From assembly GCA_031380765.1 (NCBI GenBank), contig JANMXB010000042.1, positions 1 through 54,567 of the forward strand: a stretch of DNA of 54,567 nt, written 5' to 3'. Each line of letters starts with the position of its first letter. The first letter of the stretch is position 1. The notes below the pieces were generated by a model. It was not told where the DNA came from. It saw only the letters and a program-made list of their open reading frames with translations, and did no database searches. Positions 18,713-28,894 of the stretch are shown piece by piece. Source of the DNA: Pseudomonadota bacterium. Its GTDB lineage: Bacteria > Pseudomonadota > Gammaproteobacteria > Burkholderiales > SG8-39. The translations under genes and the position numbers were made by a program.

Positions 18713-18936
18713 TGGTGATTCATCACGACCAAGCCTGCGCTTGGAGGCTCGCCTGCATGTTCCAGGTGTACTCCCGCCAGGCGCAGGAAATTGCGCGACC
18801 AGCGGCGGATTTCGGTGAGTCGGCGCTGATCGGAATAGCGCCGGAACCGGAAGTCGAGGGTCAGCAGGCCGCCAACAAAGTGGGCTACGAGCCGGACAAA
18901 CCGGGTCAGGCGATCGAATAGGGAGACAGAGAACAT
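18670..18936 (-). pseudogene. N-terminal remnant of a PlsC-type lysophospholipid acyltransferase
   Basis: MFSVSLFDRLTRFVRLVAHFVGGLLTLDFRFRRYSDQRRLTEIRRWSRNFLRLAGVHLEHAGEPPSAGLVVMNH resembles acyltransferase N-termini up to the NH of the HX4D motif. It then runs antisense into the apaH 3' end and stops. Confidence 0.5.
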
Positions 18937-19384
18937 GGGAGACTGCGTATTCTGCAGGATTGTGGCGGGCGAGATTCCGGCCAGCGTTGTATTCGAGGAC
19001 GAACACACCCTCGCCTTCATGGATCAGGGCCAGGTCAATCCCGGTCACGCGCTGGTTGCGACGAAGAGCCACGTCGAAAACGTTTTCGGCCTGGATGACG
19101 AACTTGTGGCGGCCGTGTTTTGCACTGCAGCCCGGGTCGCACGGGCTTCACGTGCCGCCTTCGATGCACCCGGCATGACGCTCTTTCAGGCCAACGGCAA
19201 GGCGGGCGCGCAGACCGTTTTCCACTTTCACGTCCACGTCCTGCCGCGATGGGAGAACGACGGCATGAGCCTTACATGGCCCGCGAAGAACCCGCCTCGT
19301 GAAACGCTCCAGGCATATTGCGAAAAAATTCGCGCCGCGCTCGTCCAGCCTGTTACCAGGGGGAATAGCCGAACTCGGTCCTGA
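18935..19384 (+). CDS. HIT family hydrolase
   Basis: CVFCRIVAGEIPA and the histidine triad HFHVHVLP are present. The 3' end overlaps the convergent kinase gene by 32 nt. Confidence 0.85.
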   Translation: MGDCVFCRIVAGEIPASVVFEDEHTLAFMDQGQVNPGHALVATKSHVENVFGLDDELVAAVFCTAARVARASRAAFDAPGMTLFQANGKAGAQTVFHFHVHVLPRWENDGMSLTWPAKNPPRETLQAYCEKIRAALVQPVTRGNSRTRS

Positions 19385-20288
19385 ACCGGTCCATGATTTC
19401 CTGCTGCGTGAACCCATGGTTCTGCGCGCCACGGCGTTCGATCTTGATTGAACCTGTCAGCGCACCGAGCCGGCCCGTGCTCGGCCAGTCCCAGCCGTTC
19501 GCAATACCATAGAGAAGTCCCGCCCGGTACGCGTCTCCGCAACCGGTGGGATCGAGTATCTCAGCCGCTTTGACGATGGGTATTTCGTGTCGCTTCCCTT
19601 CGGCAAGAACAAGCGATCCGCGTGCGCCCAGTGTGAGTATCAGCGCCTTGACGCTGCGCGACATCTCCTCGAGGCTCAGTCCGGTTTTATCCTCGAGGAG
19701 TTTGCCCTCGTAATCATTTACGGCTACGTAATCGGCCAGCCTCACGAACTCCGACAGCTCTCCGGCGGAGAACATGGGCAGCCCCTGCCCCGGGTCGAAG
19801 ATGAAAGGAATGCCCGCCGCGGCACACTCGCGTGCATGCTGGAGCATGCCGTCTTTGCCGTCCGGCGCGATGATCGCGAGCTTTGCCCCAAGTGACGCAT
19901 CGATGCGGTTTTCGTGCGCAAAGTTCATTGCGCCAGGATGGAACGCGATGATCTGATTGTTATCCAGGTCCGTCGTGATGAACGCCTGGGCAGTGAACTG
20001 GCCGGCGATTTTGCGCAGGTTCGCGCCAGATAAGCCGAGGCCCTCAAGCCGTTTCAGATACGGGTCGATGTCCTCGCCGACGGTCGCCATGACCAGAGGA
20101 TCACCACCGAGCAACTTGAGGTTGTACGCGATGTTGGCGGCGCAGCCGCCGTACTCACGTCTCATCTCCGGGGTGAGGAAGCAGACGTTGAGTATGTGCA
20201 GCTGGTCGGCGAGCAGGTGATTCTTGAACCGGTCGGGAAACACCATGATGGTGTCGTACGCGACTGAGCCGGTAATAAGTGTACGCAA
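19353..20288 (-). CDS. PfkB family carbohydrate/nucleoside kinase
   Basis: The 311-aa ORF has the PfkB signature DPTGCGDAYRAGLLYG. Confidence 0.85.
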   Translation of the reverse strand: MRTLITGSVAYDTIMVFPDRFKNHLLADQLHILNVCFLTPEMRREYGGCAANIAYNLKLLGGDPLVMATVGEDIDPYLKRLEGLGLSGANLRKIAGQFTAQAFITTDLDNNQIIAFHPGAMNFAHENRIDASLGAKLAIIAPDGKDGMLQHARECAAAGIPFIFDPGQGLPMFSAGELSEFVRLADYVAVNDYEGKLLEDKTGLSLEEMSRSVKALILTLGARGSLVLAEGKRHEIPIVKAAEILDPTGCGDAYRAGLLYGIANGWDWPSTGRLGALTGSIKIERRGAQNHGFTQQEIMDRFRTEFGYSPW

Positions 20289-20304
20289 GGGGAAGCTTTC
20301 TATT

Positions 20305-21255
20305 TTATTTGGTGCGTGAATCCTGGCAGCGCAAAGGATAGCTCAATTGCCAGTAGGCCGAAGCCGACGGCGCGGGGCATGGGTAAAACAGAAACAGCTG
20401 GTAGCCCGTAGCCAGGATGCCACCCGTTTCCAGAAAGATGCGCACTGCCTCTTCGGCGCCGCTGCTCATTCCGAGGGCAACGGCCGCGCGCTTCTCCTGC
20501 AGGTAGTCGACAGGTTGCAGCACTCGCCGGATCACCGGCCGTTCGCCCTGGTCGGTGAGGGTCAGCTCAAGGTCTGGGTACTCCTGCGCGAACGGTGCGC
20601 GATTGCGCAACAGCGCGTTCAGGACGATGACCCCCGGTCGCTGGCTATCGGCCTGCAGGTCGGACGATTCGATGCTCATGAGATCCGCCCGGCGCGGCAA
20701 CCTCACCTCGCAGCCGAGCATGTCGCAGGCAGTTTCCAGATGCGCGCGCGCCGGGGGCAGGAGTACGCCCAGTTCGGTGCGAAAGTGCAGGGCGGCCTGC
20801 AAGCCCAGTGCGCACAGGGCCAAGACTGTAAGGAGCGCCCAAACAAAGGTATGGGCTGCGCCCGGGCGTTCGGACGCGAGGAATGCCGGCACCACCGATT
20901 TGCCCTGGATAGTCCGGACAGGCAATGGGCTCGGTCGCGCAGGAGCAGCCCCCTCCGGGGCGACGTCATTCGTCCGCGCGGACGCCGTGGCGTCGACGGG
21001 GTCCGCCATCGCAGGAACCGTCGCCCCCGGGACTTGCCTGTCATCGTCGGAGGTTTCCGGAGGTTCGAACAGCCCCATCTGCGGAGAAGGCTCCTCCGGC
21101 AGCGCCGCGACAGCATCTTCGGTCAGGAGGTTCGTCACGCCGTCGAACGCAGAAGAACATTTCCCGCAGCGCACGCGTCCGCTTCGCGCCGAAAGCTGCG
21201 CAGGCGATACGCGGAACGTCGTCGCGCAGGCTGGACAGCGCGTGACCAGGCTCAT
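20305..21255 (-). CDS. Zinc-ribbon (MJ0042-type) plus DUF3426 protein
   Basis: MSLVTRCPACATTFRV...VRCGKCSSAFDG is followed by one TM segment and a C-terminal DUF3426-like region. The ATG at 21255 overlaps the prmA stop (ATGA). Confidence 0.75.
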   Translation of the reverse strand: MSLVTRCPACATTFRVSPAQLSARSGRVRCGKCSSAFDGVTNLLTEDAVAALPEEPSPQMGLFEPPETSDDDRQVPGATVPAMADPVDATASARTNDVAPEGAAPARPSPLPVRTIQGKSVVPAFLASERPGAAHTFVWALLTVLALCALGLQAALHFRTELGVLLPPARAHLETACDMLGCEVRLPRRADLMSIESSDLQADSQRPGVIVLNALLRNRAPFAQEYPDLELTLTDQGERPVIRRVLQPVDYLQEKRAAVALGMSSGAEEAVRIFLETGGILATGYQLFLFYPCPAPSASAYWQLSYPLRCQDSRTK

Positions 21256-22133
21256 CGGCGATCTCCGGTGACCAGGATCCATCCCTCTTCGCGGTCGGCC
21301 ACTTCGAGATCGAAGTCCGCCGAGTACGCGTGCCCGATCTCCTCGAACTGGCCTTCCAGTATCCCGGATAGCGCGACCCGACACTCACAACGTTCTGCTA
21401 TGAGCGGAGCGAGGACGATCAGCGGATTGGCAAGAATGTTGGCCACAACGACGTTGTAGGGTTCCTCCGGAACGGCCTCAGGGGCGATGAACCGGACAGC
21501 GACGCGGTTCTTTGCGGCGTTCTCTTTCGCCGTGAGAATCGCCTGGGGATCGATGTCGACGCCGACCACGCTGCGTGCGCCGAGGCGGGCCGCAACGATG
21601 GCTAGAATTCCGGAACCGCACCCGTAGTCCAGCAGCGATTCCCCGCCCTTCATATGGCCGACCAGCCAGCGCAGCATCAGCCGGGTCGTTGGATGGCTTC
21701 CGGTGCCGAATGCCAGTCCCGGATCGATGGCGATGTTCGTGGCGGTCGGGTCTGGCGGTACGCACCAGCTCGGCACGATCCAAAGACGGTCAGCAATGCG
21801 CATCGGCTCGAACTGTAGCTGGGTGCGCCGCACCCAGTCTTCGTCGTCAAGCAGGGTAACGGAGTACGAGGGCGCTTTGATTCCGCAGGAAAGGGCAGCT
21901 GCCGACACGATGCTTTCGGGAGCGGCGTCTTCGGCTACCAGCGCCGTGAGGATGTTGCGCCGCCAAGGGCGCGGCGGATCCTGACCGGGCTCGGCAAACT
22001 GCGAGGCTTCCGCATCCGTGCCGGCGTCAGCATCGTCGCAGCTTACCGACAGGGCGCCTGCCTCGATCAAAGCATCGGCCACCGCTTCGGCGGTATGGGC
22101 TTCGGCATGCAGTCTGATCGCAAGCCAGGCCAT
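21252..22133 (-). CDS. prmA: Ribosomal protein L11 methyltransferase
   Basis: The 293-aa ORF has the SAM-binding motif LLDYGCGSGILAI and the PrmA N-terminal domain pattern. Confidence 0.9.
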   Translation of the reverse strand: MAWLAIRLHAEAHTAEAVADALIEAGALSVSCDDADAGTDAEASQFAEPGQDPPRPWRRNILTALVAEDAAPESIVSAAALSCGIKAPSYSVTLLDDEDWVRRTQLQFEPMRIADRLWIVPSWCVPPDPTATNIAIDPGLAFGTGSHPTTRLMLRWLVGHMKGGESLLDYGCGSGILAIVAARLGARSVVGVDIDPQAILTAKENAAKNRVAVRFIAPEAVPEEPYNVVVANILANPLIVLAPLIAERCECRVALSGILEGQFEEIGHAYSADFDLEVADREEGWILVTGDRR

Positions 22134-22143
22134 GCGGCGGCTT

Positions 22144-23505
22144 CTACTTGACGACCTTCTTTGCTTCCTGCGCCAACTTCTGCTCCAGATAGTGAATGGA
22201 GGCGCCGCCCTTCACGAACCCTTTGTCGTTAAGCAGATCCTGGTGGAGCGGGATATTGGTCTGAATGCCTTCGACGACCATTTCGGACAGAGCGATTCGC
22301 ATACGGCGGATGGCCTGCTCGCGCGTGGCACCGAAGGAAATCACCTTGCCGACCATCGAATCGTAGTTGGGTGGCACGGTGTACCCTTGATAGACGTGCG
22401 AGTCCACCCTGATCCCCGGTCCGCCCGGTGGGTGGTAGGAGGTGATCCTGCCGGGGGACGGGGTGAACTTGTAAGGATCCTCGGCATTGATGCGGCATTC
22501 CAGCGAATGGCCGCGAAACTGGATATCGCGCTGACGAAACGGAAGTTTTTCCCCGGCAGCTATCCGGATCTGCGCCTGCACGATGTCGATTCCAGTGATC
22601 ATTTCGGTGACAGGATGTTCCACCTGTATCCGGGTATTCATCTCAATGAAAAAAAACTCGCCGTTTTCATACAGGAATTCGAAGGTCCCGGCACCACGGT
22701 ACCCAATCTTCTTGCACGCTTCCACGCACCTTTCGCCGACGCGGTCGCGCACCCGGGTCGAGAGGTCGGGCGCCGGCGCCTCTTCGATGACCTTCTGGTG
22801 GCGGCGTTGCATGGAGCAGTCGCGCTCACCCAGAAATACCACGTTCTTGTGCTCGTCGGCGAGAATCTGGATTTCGATATGGCGCGGGTTTTCGAGGAAT
22901 TTCTCGATGTAGACCATCGGATTGGAGAAAGCCGCCTGGGCCTCCTGACGCGTGAGGCTGACGGCGTTGAGCAGGGCCGCTTCAGTGTGCACCACGCGCA
23001 TCCCGCGTCCACCGCCGCCGCCGGACGCCTTGATGATTACGGGGTAGCCGACCTTGCGCGCGATTTTGACGATTTCGGCGGCGGTCTCGGGAAGCGCACC
23101 CTCCGAACCCGGTACGCAGGGTACGCCTGCCTTGATCATCGCTGCCTTGGCGCTCACCTTGTCGCCCATCAGGCGGATATTCTCGGGGTACGGGCCGATG
23201 AAGACGAAGCCGGATTTCTCCACCTTGTCGGCAAAATCGGCGTTTTCCGAAAGAAATCCGTAGCCCGGATGGATGGCTTCGGCGTCGGTCACCTCCGCGG
23301 CGCTGATGATCGCCGGAATATTGAGGTAGCTCAGCGCGGCAGCCGGGGGTCCGATGCACACCGATTCGTCGGCCAGCTTGACGTACTTGGCCTCCGTGTC
23401 TGCTTCGGAATGGACCACCACGGTGCGAATGCCAAGCTCGCGACAGGCGCGCTGGATGCGTAGCGCGATCTCGCCACGGTTGGCGATCAGGATCTTTCCG
23501 AACAT
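22144..23505 (-). CDS. accC: Acetyl-CoA carboxylase, biotin carboxylase subunit
   Basis: [26 protein letters not shown] matches AccC, with the ATP-grasp domain present along the full length. An alternative start lies 6 nt upstream. Confidence 0.95.
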   Translation of the reverse strand: MFGKILIANRGEIALRIQRACRELGIRTVVVHSEADTEAKYVKLADESVCIGPPAAALSYLNIPAIISAAEVTDAEAIHPGYGFLSENADFADKVEKSGFVFIGPYPENIRLMGDKVSAKAAMIKAGVPCVPGSEGALPETAAEIVKIARKVGYPVIIKASGGGGGRGMRVVHTEAALLNAVSLTRQEAQAAFSNPMVYIEKFLENPRHIEIQILADEHKNVVFLGERDCSMQRRHQKVIEEAPAPDLSTRVRDRVGERCVEACKKIGYRGAGTFEFLYENGEFFFIEMNTRIQVEHPVTEMITGIDIVQAQIRIAAGEKLPFRQRDIQFRGHSLECRINAEDPYKFTPSPGRITSYHPPGGPGIRVDSHVYQGYTVPPNYDSMVGKVISFGATREQAIRRMRIALSEMVVEGIQTNIPLHQDLLNDKGFVKGGASIHYLEQKLAQEAKKVVK

Positions 23506-23510
23506 GGACA

Positions 23511-23969
23511 TCAGGCGATGATGAAGAGCGGCTGTCCGTATTCGACCGGCTGGCCATTTTCGACAAGGACCGCGCTCACGGTGCCGGACTTGTCGCATTC
23601 GATTTCATTCATGAGCTTCATCGCTTCGATAATGCAGATGATCTGGCCTTCTTTCACGCTTTGCCCGACCTCGACAAAGGGCTTGGCATCGGGCGATGGT
23701 GTGCGATAGAACGTGCCCACCATCGGCGATTTGACGGCATGGCCTTCGAGGCCTGCCACGACGGGTTCCACGGGGGGCCCCGCCGGCGCGGGCGCCGCCG
23801 CGGACGGAGCCGGGGCTGCGTGCGCAATCGCCGGGGGCGCGACGGCGGCTGGCAACGCCACTGCGCTTTTCACGATCTTGACCTTTTCCTCGCCCTCGGT
23901 GATTTCGAGCTCGGCGATACCCGATTCCTCGACGAGATCGATCAGCTTCTTCAGTTTTCTAAGATCCAT
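23511..23969 (-). CDS. accB: Acetyl-CoA carboxylase, biotin carboxyl carrier protein
   Basis: [23 protein letters not shown] is followed by an Ala/Pro linker and the biotinylation motif EAMKLMNEI. Confidence 0.95.
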   Translation of the reverse strand: MDLRKLKKLIDLVEESGIAELEITEGEEKVKIVKSAVALPAAVAPPAIAHAAPAPSAAAPAPAGPPVEPVVAGLEGHAVKSPMVGTFYRTPSPDAKPFVEVGQSVKEGQIICIIEAMKLMNEIECDKSGTVSAVLVENGQPVEYGQPLFIIA

Positions 23970-23973
23970 CGGC

Positions 23974-24438
23974 CTACTCCTCGCCGCGTGATAGCGCGTA
24001 GGCAAGCGCCAGCGCGTAGCCACGGCTGCCTAGTCCGCAAATGGTCCCGATTGCGATGTCGGATACGTACGATCGGTGCCGAAAGGCTTCCCGGGCATGA
24101 ACATTCGACAAGTGCACCTCGATGAATGGGATACCTACCCCGGTAAGGGCGTCGCGGATGGCCACGCTGGTATGGGTATACGCGGCCGGGTTGAGGATTA
24201 TGAAATCTACCTTTTGTCGTCCTGCCTCCTGGATTCGATCGACCAGCCCGCCTTCATGGTTGCTTTGGAAGCATTGAGCGGCGACGCCGGCGCTTCTGGC
24301 GTCCTCTATGAGGTGCTTGTTGATGTCCTCCAATGACTCGCTGCCGTAAATTTCCGGCTCACGCGTTCCAAGAAGATTGAGGTTGGGCCCATGCAGAATC
24401 CATACGGATCGAACCTTGGCAGAAACGGCTTTTATCAA
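23974..24438 (-). CDS. aroQ: 3-dehydroquinate dehydratase, type II
   Basis: [19 protein letters not shown] and [15 protein letters not shown] are present. The start is TTG at 24438. Confidence 0.9.
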   Translation of the reverse strand: MIKAVSAKVRSVWILHGPNLNLLGTREPEIYGSESLEDINKHLIEDARSAGVAAQCFQSNHEGGLVDRIQEAGRQKVDFIILNPAAYTHTSVAIRDALTGVGIPFIEVHLSNVHAREAFRHRSYVSDIAIGTICGLGSRGYALALAYALSRGEE

Positions 24439-24509
24439 TCTTTCCCCGCAAATCGGAGCATTTTACCGCAAGTTACCAGCACGATCCGCGTACCCGCCTG
24501 TCGTTCCAG

Positions 24510-25034
24510 TCAGGCGCCGATCAGGCTGAGCAGCTTGGCCTCGATTATTTGTTTGCTGAGCGCGCCGAGATTGCGAAAAACCAAGCCGCCCGTCCGGCCG
24601 ATGATTACGGTGAATGGCAAGCCGCCGCTCGGATTGCCGAGTTTGCGCATCAAATCGAGGCCACTCGCCTCGGCCAAAAGCAAGGGATAGCTTACATTTA
24701 GGGTTTGGGCAAAATGGGCGACTTTAGCCGCTTGATCGATGGCGATCCCTACAAATTCGACCCCGGATCGACGCAATCTCTCGCGGACTTGCATGAAACC
24801 CGGGATTTCCTCGCGGCACGGCTCGCACCAAGTCGCCCAGAAATTGAGCACCAAAACCTGACCTTGCCACTCAAGGAGATTGCGCCGCTTTCCGGCGAGG
24901 TCGGTGACTTGCGCCTCGTGCAGGATGGCTATCTCGTCCGGCTCGCGTGACAGCCGCGCGGAGAGAATCGCCCCCGAAACTGCCGCAGCCGCCCCGATTC
25001 CCAGAACGCCGAGGACACGGCGCCGGTCAGGCAC
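24510..25034 (-). CDS. TlpA family thiol:disulfide oxidoreductase
   Basis: It has the thioredoxin-fold motif FWATWCEPC and an N-terminal anchor RRRVLGVLGIGAAAAV. The start is uncertain (GTG 25034 or GTG 25055). Confidence 0.8.
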   Translation of the reverse strand: MPDRRRVLGVLGIGAAAAVSGAILSARLSREPDEIAILHEAQVTDLAGKRRNLLEWQGQVLVLNFWATWCEPCREEIPGFMQVRERLRRSGVEFVGIAIDQAAKVAHFAQTLNVSYPLLLAEASGLDLMRKLGNPSGGLPFTVIIGRTGGLVFRNLGALSKQIIEAKLLSLIGA

Positions 25035-25638
25035 GATTGCCCTCGACCAGGGCACTGACCTCGGCGATCCCTGCGCGATTCATCACCCGTCCGACCTGGG
25101 TGGTTTTCAGGGCTATGCGCTCGTCACGCGCATCGAACAGCGAAAGCTTCACCGGTGCGCCATCCCAATCAAGTTCCAGCATCGTCACCGAACGCGCCCG
25201 GTCGCCGGAATAGCGGCGCGCCTCGGAGGAACTGAACGCGATATTCTTGTTGAGGAGAAAGATTTCCACGGCCTTGCCGCTGTCCGGAAACAGCTGCAGT
25301 TCAATTTCCGAATAAGGGCCGGCGGTGCCTTTGAGCACCGGCCCGGTCAGGTAGGGCGTGAATTCCTGCAACTCGCGCATTACGCACAGTGCCACCCTGC
25401 GCAGTTCCCGAATGCGATCCGGATGTTCATCCGCCTGAAAGAGCCCAAGGTAGGTGCGCAATTCCGATTCGATCTCTTCGTTTGCAGGCAACGACTGCGT
25501 CTCCGTTGCCCCCAATTGGCGGGCAGCTTTTCGCTTGGCCAACGCGAAGTTATCGATGCCGCCCTCGGCCATGATGCGCGCGGCGGCGGCGGCAATGGCG
25601 GCGCGCATCCCGTTCTGGCGGGGGCGATTGCGGGTCAC
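25027..25638 (-). CDS. Conserved hypothetical protein
   Basis: The coding-like ORF has an N-terminal AAAARIMAEGGIDNFALAKRKAARQLG helix and a C-terminal PYLTGPVLKGTAG...LLNKNI region. I recognise no family. The start is uncertain (GTG 25638, ATG 25608 or TTG 25698). Confidence 0.55.
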   Translation of the reverse strand: MTRNRPRQNGMRAAIAAAAARIMAEGGIDNFALAKRKAARQLGATETQSLPANEEIESELRTYLGLFQADEHPDRIRELRRVALCVMRELQEFTPYLTGPVLKGTAGPYSEIELQLFPDSGKAVEIFLLNKNIAFSSSEARRYSGDRARSVTMLELDWDGAPVKLSLFDARDERIALKTTQVGRVMNRAGIAEVSALVEGNRA

Positions 25639-25742
25639 AAGGGGAAGTTGGCGGATCCGGATAGACCGCCAAATAATACCCCCGGAGCGCCACTTCAAAA
25701 GGACTACAATCGCCGCTCTTTTTTGTTAGCTGATTTCTGCGG

Positions 25743-27098
25743 ATGACTGCGCACCACCTCCATATCCTCGGCATTTGCGGCACGTTCATGGGAGGGCTGG
25801 CTGCGCTTGCCAAGGCCGCCGGATACCAGGTAACAGGCTGCGACAGCGGGGTCTACCCTCCGATGAGCGATCAGTTACGGTCGCTCGGAATCGAGCTCGT
25901 CGAAGGTTACTCAGCCGATCAGCGCGCGCTCAAGCCCGACGTCTGGGTGGTCGGCAACGTCGTGAGCCGGGGAAACCCTTTGGTGGAGGCCATCCTTGAT
26001 CATGGCGACCGCTACGTTTCTGGTCCTCAGTGGCTTTCGGACCACATTCTCCAAAGAAAGTGGGTATTTACTGTCGCTGGAACACACGGCAAGACGACCA
26101 CTTCTGCGATGCTTGCCTGGATTCTCGAAAAGCTCGAGCGCAAGCCCGGTTTCCTGATTGGTGGCGTCCCGCGCAACTTCCCTGTTTCGGCCCGGCTCGG
26201 CAGCTCGAACTTGTTTGTTATAGAGGCCGACGAATATGACACTGCGTTTTTCGACAAACGCTCAAAATTCGTCCATTACTGCCCCAAGACCGCAATCCTG
26301 AACAATTTGGAGTTCGATCATGCTGACATCTTCGCCGATCTTGCCGACATCGAGCGGCAATTCCAGCATTTGGTTCGAATCGTTCCGCAAACGGGACGCT
26401 TGATCGTCAACGGCGCCGACGCGGCGCTTTCCCGTGTACTGAAAAAAGGCGCCTGGACGCCGGTAGAGTACTTTGGTGTCGACTCAGGGTGGGCCGCCGG
26501 TACTGCGGATGCGGACGGGAGCTTCGAAGCGTTCCAAAACACGCGCTCGATCGGCCGGGTCCGGTGGGATCTCCAAGGGGGACATAACCGGCTCAACGCG
26601 CTGGCCGCAATTGCCGCCGCGGCCCACGCGGGCGTCGCTCCACGCCAGGCAGTAGCGGCGCTGGCCGATTTTCTCAGCGTCAAACGGCGGATGGAACTGC
26701 GTGGGACCGCTGGGGGTGTGAAGGTTTACGATGACTTTGCCCATCATCCCACGGCGATCCGGACCACCATTGAGGGATTGCGCCAGAAGGTTGGCACCGC
26801 CCGGATTCTCGCGGTCCTCGAGCCCCGCTCGAATACCATGAAGCAGGGCGTGCTGAAAGCCGCCCTGCCCGGCAGCGTTGCCGAGGCTGATCGGGTTTAT
26901 ATCTACGCCGCGAATCTCGGATGGGACGCGCGCGCAGTGTTCGGTCCTTTGGGCGGGAAGGCCCGCTGCGAGGACAACTTGGCCGACCTCGCCGAAGCGA
27001 TTGCATCCGAGGCGAGACCTGGCGACCATGTGCTCGTGATGTCGAATGGCGGTTTTGGCGGCATCCACGCCAAGCTGCTCGCGCGTCTTGCAGAATGA
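25743..27098 (+). CDS. mpl: UDP-N-acetylmuramate:L-alanyl-gamma-D-glutamyl-meso-diaminopimelate ligase
   Basis: HILGICGTFMGGLAALAK and the Mur ligase middle and C-terminal domains are present (451 aa). Confidence 0.9.
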   Translation: MTAHHLHILGICGTFMGGLAALAKAAGYQVTGCDSGVYPPMSDQLRSLGIELVEGYSADQRALKPDVWVVGNVVSRGNPLVEAILDHGDRYVSGPQWLSDHILQRKWVFTVAGTHGKTTTSAMLAWILEKLERKPGFLIGGVPRNFPVSARLGSSNLFVIEADEYDTAFFDKRSKFVHYCPKTAILNNLEFDHADIFADLADIERQFQHLVRIVPQTGRLIVNGADAALSRVLKKGAWTPVEYFGVDSGWAAGTADADGSFEAFQNTRSIGRVRWDLQGGHNRLNALAAIAAAAHAGVAPRQAVAALADFLSVKRRMELRGTAGGVKVYDDFAHHPTAIRTTIEGLRQKVGTARILAVLEPRSNTMKQGVLKAALPGSVAEADRVYIYAANLGWDARAVFGPLGGKARCEDNLADLAEAIASEARPGDHVLVMSNGGFGGIHAKLLARLAE

Positions 27099-27664
27099 TC
27101 GTCTACCTGCACGGCTTCAACAGTGCCCCTACGTCGCACAAAGCGCAGACGATGGCCGCCTTCCTGGGTGGGCGCGGAATGGGCCGCAAATTCGAGTGCC
27201 CGGCGCTGCCGCACAAGCCTGGCGAGGCCATCGCGCTGATCGAAAGCTTGCCGGCCATGCGCAAGCCTCGTGATGTCACATTCGTGGGGAGCTCGCTCGG
27301 TGGTTTTTATGCCACCTGGCTGGCCGAAAAGCATGCGTGCCGCGCTATCCTGATGCAGCCTGCGGTCTTTCCCCACGTTGGCCTGCAGAAATACCTGGGA
27401 ACGCAAAAGAACCACTATACGGGCGCCGAATACGAATTGACGTCCGCGCACCTGCAGGGTTGGCGCGAACTCTGCGTCGACAAAGTCGATCCGGAGCGCT
27501 ACCTGCTCCTGCTCGAAACCGGTGACGAGGTGCTCGATTATCGCGAGGCGGTCAGCAAATACGAGGGCGCGCGCATGGTCATCCGCCAGGGCGGCGATCA
27601 CATGCTGCAGAGCTTTCCGGAGCATTTACCGCGCATTCTGGCTTTCGCCGGTCTCAGTTCCTGA
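27095..27664 (+). CDS. yqiA: YqiA/UPF0227 family esterase
   Basis: MIVYLHGFNSAPTSHKA and the nucleophile elbow GSSLGG are present. The ATG overlaps the mpl stop (ATGA). Confidence 0.8.
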   Translation: MIVYLHGFNSAPTSHKAQTMAAFLGGRGMGRKFECPALPHKPGEAIALIESLPAMRKPRDVTFVGSSLGGFYATWLAEKHACRAILMQPAVFPHVGLQKYLGTQKNHYTGAEYELTSAHLQGWRELCVDKVDPERYLLLLETGDEVLDYREAVSKYEGARMVIRQGGDHMLQSFPEHLPRILAFAGLSS

Positions 27665-28799
27665 TCTCCGTCCACGGATTGGCTTTTCCGCCGAGCGAGT
27701 AGCGCGCGACGGCTTTTTCGTCGAAGTCGAAGCCCAGCCCGGGGCGCATGGGAAGCTGCAGCATCCCGTCCTTGAACTCCAGCTGGCGGCCGACCAGGCG
27801 ACGGAAATTCAGCACTTGATCGTCGGTAAAGAACTCCACCATCCTCGCATTGGGCGTCGAGGCGACCAGATGCACGTGGAGGTCGTGAAACCAGTGGGGG
27901 CAGACCGTGACGCCATAGCTCGCGGCTGTGGCCGCGATGCGCCGCCATTCGGTGATCCCACCGCAAACCGCCGCGTCGTGCTGCAGGATTGCGGCTCCTC
28001 CTTTGTCCATCAGCTCCTTGAAATACCAGCGTCCCACGCCGATCTCGCCGGTGGCCACGGTGACCTTGGTCGCTCGCGCCAGTCGCGCATGGCTGTCGAT
28101 ATCGTCCGGCCCGAACGGCTCTTCGATCCAGTAGGGGTCGTACTTTTCGTAGCGTTTCAGATGCTCCAGCGCGGTCGGGAGGTCCTGCCAGGCGTTGTTT
28201 GCGTCCAGCGCCAGGAGCACGTCCGGGCCGATCGCTTCCCGCGCCGCGCGCACCCGGGCCTCCTCTTCGGCCGCCGACAGGCGGCCCACCTTCATCTTTA
28301 CCGCCTTAAAACCCAGATTTACGTACGCCGCCATCTCCGCACCCAGCTTCTGCGGTGTTTTTCCGGCGAGGTAGTACCCGCCTGAAGCGTAGGCGGGTAC
28401 GGCATTCTCGGCGCAGCCACCGAGATAGCGGTGCAGGGGAAGTTTCACGCTGCGTGCATTGAGGTCCCACAGGGCCGTATCGAGAATGCTGATGGCGCGC
28501 ATCACCGCTCCCGCCCTTCCCTGGAGCAGGGATTCCTGGAACATCGCCTGCCACAATCCTTCGGTGCGGGTCGATTCCTGCCCGAGGAGTCCTGGCGCCA
28601 ACAGCTCTTCGACGGCGTGCGCCACGAGCGACCCGGCGCAAGACCCTGCGTAGCAGAAGCCTATTCCTTCCACGCCATCGGCAGAGCGCACCTTCACCAG
28701 GCCATAGTCGCGGGCGGCCACGCTTCGGGTCGCGAAAGCCGTGACATGATCGAGCGGAATGCGCGCGGTGCACACGGATATCGATTCGATCTTTGCCAT
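27654..28799 (-). CDS. Enolase-superfamily enzyme (mandelate racemase / muconate lactonizing family, sugar-acid dehydratase-like)
   Basis: GFKAVKMKVG, the metal ligands in LALDANNAW and YWIEEPF, and later HDAAVCGG are present (381 aa). Confidence 0.8.
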   Translation of the reverse strand: MAKIESISVCTARIPLDHVTAFATRSVAARDYGLVKVRSADGVEGIGFCYAGSCAGSLVAHAVEELLAPGLLGQESTRTEGLWQAMFQESLLQGRAGAVMRAISILDTALWDLNARSVKLPLHRYLGGCAENAVPAYASGGYYLAGKTPQKLGAEMAAYVNLGFKAVKMKVGRLSAAEEEARVRAAREAIGPDVLLALDANNAWQDLPTALEHLKRYEKYDPYWIEEPFGPDDIDSHARLARATKVTVATGEIGVGRWYFKELMDKGGAAILQHDAAVCGGITEWRRIAATAASYGVTVCPHWFHDLHVHLVASTPNARMVEFFTDDQVLNFRRLVGRQLEFKDGMLQLPMRPGLGFDFDEKAVARYSLGGKANPWTEIRN

Positions 28800-28894
28800 C
28801 GGGGTTTCTCCGCAAACGGGGTCATTGCAGGCCGAAAAGGATAACGCAACCAGTCGTGCACCCGCGTATCATTCCGGCTTTTCGATTGCCAGCG

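Noticed and set aside
19353-19384. 32-nt convergent overlap between the HIT gene and the PfkB kinase gene as a possible regulatory antisense arrangement
   Set aside because: It is most simply explained by a non-conserved C-terminal tail of the HIT ORF (…VTRGNSRTRS) running to the first available stop. Nothing else supports a special function.
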